In this document: one piece after another, positions 61,848 to 64,000 of the stretch
How positions within the stretch are numbered: position 1 is the stretch's first letter
How the letters are laid out: the number at the start of each line of letters is the position of its first letter
DNA from: an uncultured delta proteobacterium
GTDB taxonomy: Bacteria; Desulfobacterota; Desulfobacteria; Desulfobacterales; UBA2156
NCBI GenBank assembly: GCA_963736855.1
Contig: CAVTQK010000021.1
Coordinates: forward strand, 640,001-704,000
DNA: 64,000 nt
Direction of reading: 5' to 3'
The notes under the pieces: generated by a model
Database searches by the model: none
The model's input: the letters and a program-made list of their open reading frames with translations, nothing else
What the model was told of the DNA's origin: nothing
Made by a program: the position numbers and the translations under genes

Positions 61848-63773
61848 ATGTTGAAGCAACATCTGAAAAAGTACTTCGGATTTGATTCGTTTTTAAAGGG
61901 GCAGGAAGGGGTCATTCAAAGAATTCTGGATGGGAATTCCGCGGTTGCCATCTTCCCTACCGGAGCAGGTAAATCTTTGTGTTATCAATTACCGGCTATG
62001 ATGCTTCCCGGTTTAACCCTGGTGGTATCTCCCCTGTTGTCCCTGATGAAGGATCAACTGGATTTTCTGCTGGAAAACCATATTCCCGCCGCGCGTCTGG
62101 ATTCCACCCTTGATAAGGCTGAATATAACGCTGTTCTTGAAAGGGCCAAAAACAATGAATTGAAAATCCTGATGATATCCGTTGAACGGTTTAAAAATGA
62201 ATGCTTTCGTTTCCATCTAGAACGGATGAACGTTTCCCTGCTGGTTATTGACGAAGCCCATTGCATTTCCGAGTGGGGGCACAATTTCAGGCCGGAGTAC
62301 CTGAAACTACCGAATTATCAAAAGGAATTCAAAATCATGCAAACTTTACTGCTCACTGCAACCGCGACAAAGCCGGTCATTGATGATATGTGTGCAAAAT
62401 TCAACATTCCCAAAAAAAATGTATCAGTTACCGGTTTTTATCGAAACAATCTGTTTATTCAAATTACACCGATTGGCACATCCGAAAAAAAGCAATACCT
62501 GCTAAAGCGTATTCTTGAAACACCCGACGCATCCATGATTGTCTATGTAACCCTTCAAAAAACAGCCGAAGCGGTTTCGGATTTTCTTCGCGAAAACAAC
62601 ATCAACTCCCACGCATATCATGCCGGAATGGAAAATAAGGAACGAGAACTGATCCAAAACCGGTTTATGGAAGGAACGGTCTCCTGTATCGTTGCCACTA
62701 TTGCCTTCGGGATGGGCATCGATAAGAAAGACATCCGCAGGATTATTCACTACGATTTGCCCAAATCGATTGAAAACTACAGCCAGGAAATCGGACGATC
62801 CGGAAGAGATAAAAAGCCTGCATTGTGCGAAGTTCTGGCCAATCGGGACAACATCCATATTCTGGAAAATTTTATCTATGGGGATACACCGGAAAAGCAA
62901 TCGATTGTTCAGTTGCTTCAAACCATAAAGAAAAATCCGGGCTTTGTATGGGAAATAAGGGAAATGAGGCTTTCAAATGACCTGAATATCCGGTTGCTGC
63001 CCTTGAAAACGTTATTGGTTTATCTTTCCATGGAAAAGATTATCCGTCCCAAACTTTCATACTTTGAATTCTATTCCTTCAAGTACAGGACAGAACCGGA
63101 AAATATTATCAACCGGTTTGAAGGGGAAAGGAAACAGTTTGTACAATCGGTCATCAACCACTGTTTTACCAAGAAAGTATGGACGGATGTGGATATTCAA
63201 GCCGTTATAAACAGCTACCATACGGATCGGGAGCGAATTCTCGCCGCGTTGGATTACTTCGACGAGAAGGGCTGGATCGAACTTCAAGCCAGACAGTCCG
63301 TGGAAGTGTATGATATTTTAACCCAGGCCTTTGATATCGAAACTGTAACCAATAAAATGTTTTCCCTGTTTAAAAAGAAGGAGCAACTTGAAATTCAAAG
63401 AATTCATCACATGATCCACTTTTTCGAAAGTGATACATGTGTCAGTAAAAAGCTTGCCGGATATTTCGGGGAGCACCTGGAGAAGGAGCGCTGTGGTCAT
63501 TGCTCTTTTTGTAAAAGCGGAAAAGCGGTGTTAATTCAAAATACCGAATTGAAGCCGATTGCTCATTTCGATTTTAAAACGATTATCCATGAATTTAAAA
63601 ATGCTATAAGAGATCAATTTTCAGACACCAGTTTAACAAAATTTCTCTGCGGGATTTACACACCGGTTTTTTCCAGTTTAAAAATCAAAAACCTGTCCTA
63701 TTTCGGTGTTCTTGAAAATTATCATTTTATGGAGGTACAAAACTGGGTTAAAGATCAAATGAAGTTACAATAA
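61848..63773 (+). CDS. recQ: RecQ-family DNA helicase
   Basis: PTGAGKSLCYQ, DEAHCISEWGHNFRPEY, TATA, YHAG, ATIAFGMGIDK, QEIGRSGRD, CGHCSFC. Confidence 0.95.
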   Translation: MLKQHLKKYFGFDSFLKGQEGVIQRILDGNSAVAIFPTGAGKSLCYQLPAMMLPGLTLVVSPLLSLMKDQLDFLLENHIPAARLDSTLDKAEYNAVLERAKNNELKILMISVERFKNECFRFHLERMNVSLLVIDEAHCISEWGHNFRPEYLKLPNYQKEFKIMQTLLLTATATKPVIDDMCAKFNIPKKNVSVTGFYRNNLFIQITPIGTSEKKQYLLKRILETPDASMIVYVTLQKTAEAVSDFLRENNINSHAYHAGMENKERELIQNRFMEGTVSCIVATIAFGMGIDKKDIRRIIHYDLPKSIENYSQEIGRSGRDKKPALCEVLANRDNIHILENFIYGDTPEKQSIVQLLQTIKKNPGFVWEIREMRLSNDLNIRLLPLKTLLVYLSMEKIIRPKLSYFEFYSFKYRTEPENIINRFEGERKQFVQSVINHCFTKKVWTDVDIQAVINSYHTDRERILAALDYFDEKGWIELQARQSVEVYDILTQAFDIETVTNKMFSLFKKKEQLEIQRIHHMIHFFESDTCVSKKLAGYFGEHLEKERCGHCSFCKSGKAVLIQNTELKPIAHFDFKTIIHEFKNAIRDQFSDTSLTKFLCGIYTPVFSSLKIKNLSYFGVLENYHFMEVQNWVKDQMKLQ

Positions 63774-63808
63774 AAAAATCATTGAAAGTTTAAAACATCA
63801 ATTTTCCT

Positions 63809-64000
63809 ATGGCAAAAACAAAAATACAAAAAGCAAAAAGAAAAAGCAAAATAAAAACCCACCGGAAAACAGCGGTTGCATCTGTTCGATCAGAAAAAGC
63901 AGACTTTTATTATTGGGAATATGAAAGCTATTTTGAATCCAGGAACCTCGATAAGGCGTTGGCAAATTTAAAAAAGGCTATCAAGATTCAACCCAACAAT
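63809..64000 (+). CDS. TPR-containing protein, 5' part; runs off the window
   Basis: MAKTKIQKAKRKSK...YFESRNLDKALANLKKAIKIQPNN, open to the window edge. Confidence 0.55.
   Translation, partial: MAKTKIQKAKRKSKIKTHRKTAVASVRSEKADFYYWEYESYFESRNLDKALANLKKAIKIQPNN

Overview
The gene content (tandem USPs, PAS kinases, TupABC, CGGC protein, Tat-exported SOD, sigma54 motifs) suggests an anaerobic deltaproteobacterium (Desulfobacterota-like); this taxonomy is inferred. In order, the window holds: a USP / two-component / antiporter cluster (1-10.5 kb); exported proteins, ino1 and an NMT1/THI5-type ABC transporter; a cold-shock gene; a Liv-type ABC operon with cupin, methyltransferase, SOD and transporters; an exported trypsin-like protease plus TPR-CHAT protease pair (31-37 kb); a tungstate uptake operon with two TupA paralogues, converging on xdhC/yqeC/yqeB; and a glycogen cluster with eukaryote-like branching and debranching enzymes. 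The AT-richer end (56.6-64 kb) has three diverged copies of an IS91-like 3' end separating unrelated genes (tandem LOG, CGGC, small barrel protein, ERCC4 nuclease + RecQ + TPR), with 27/30-nt palindromic mini-elements inserted, one nested inside another. About ten genes carry 1-nt frameshifts, most likely long-read indel errors. I found no rRNA, tRNA or CRISPR array. The best novelty candidates are the palindromic mini-elements with the IS91-end array, and the exported trypsin + TPR-CHAT pair.
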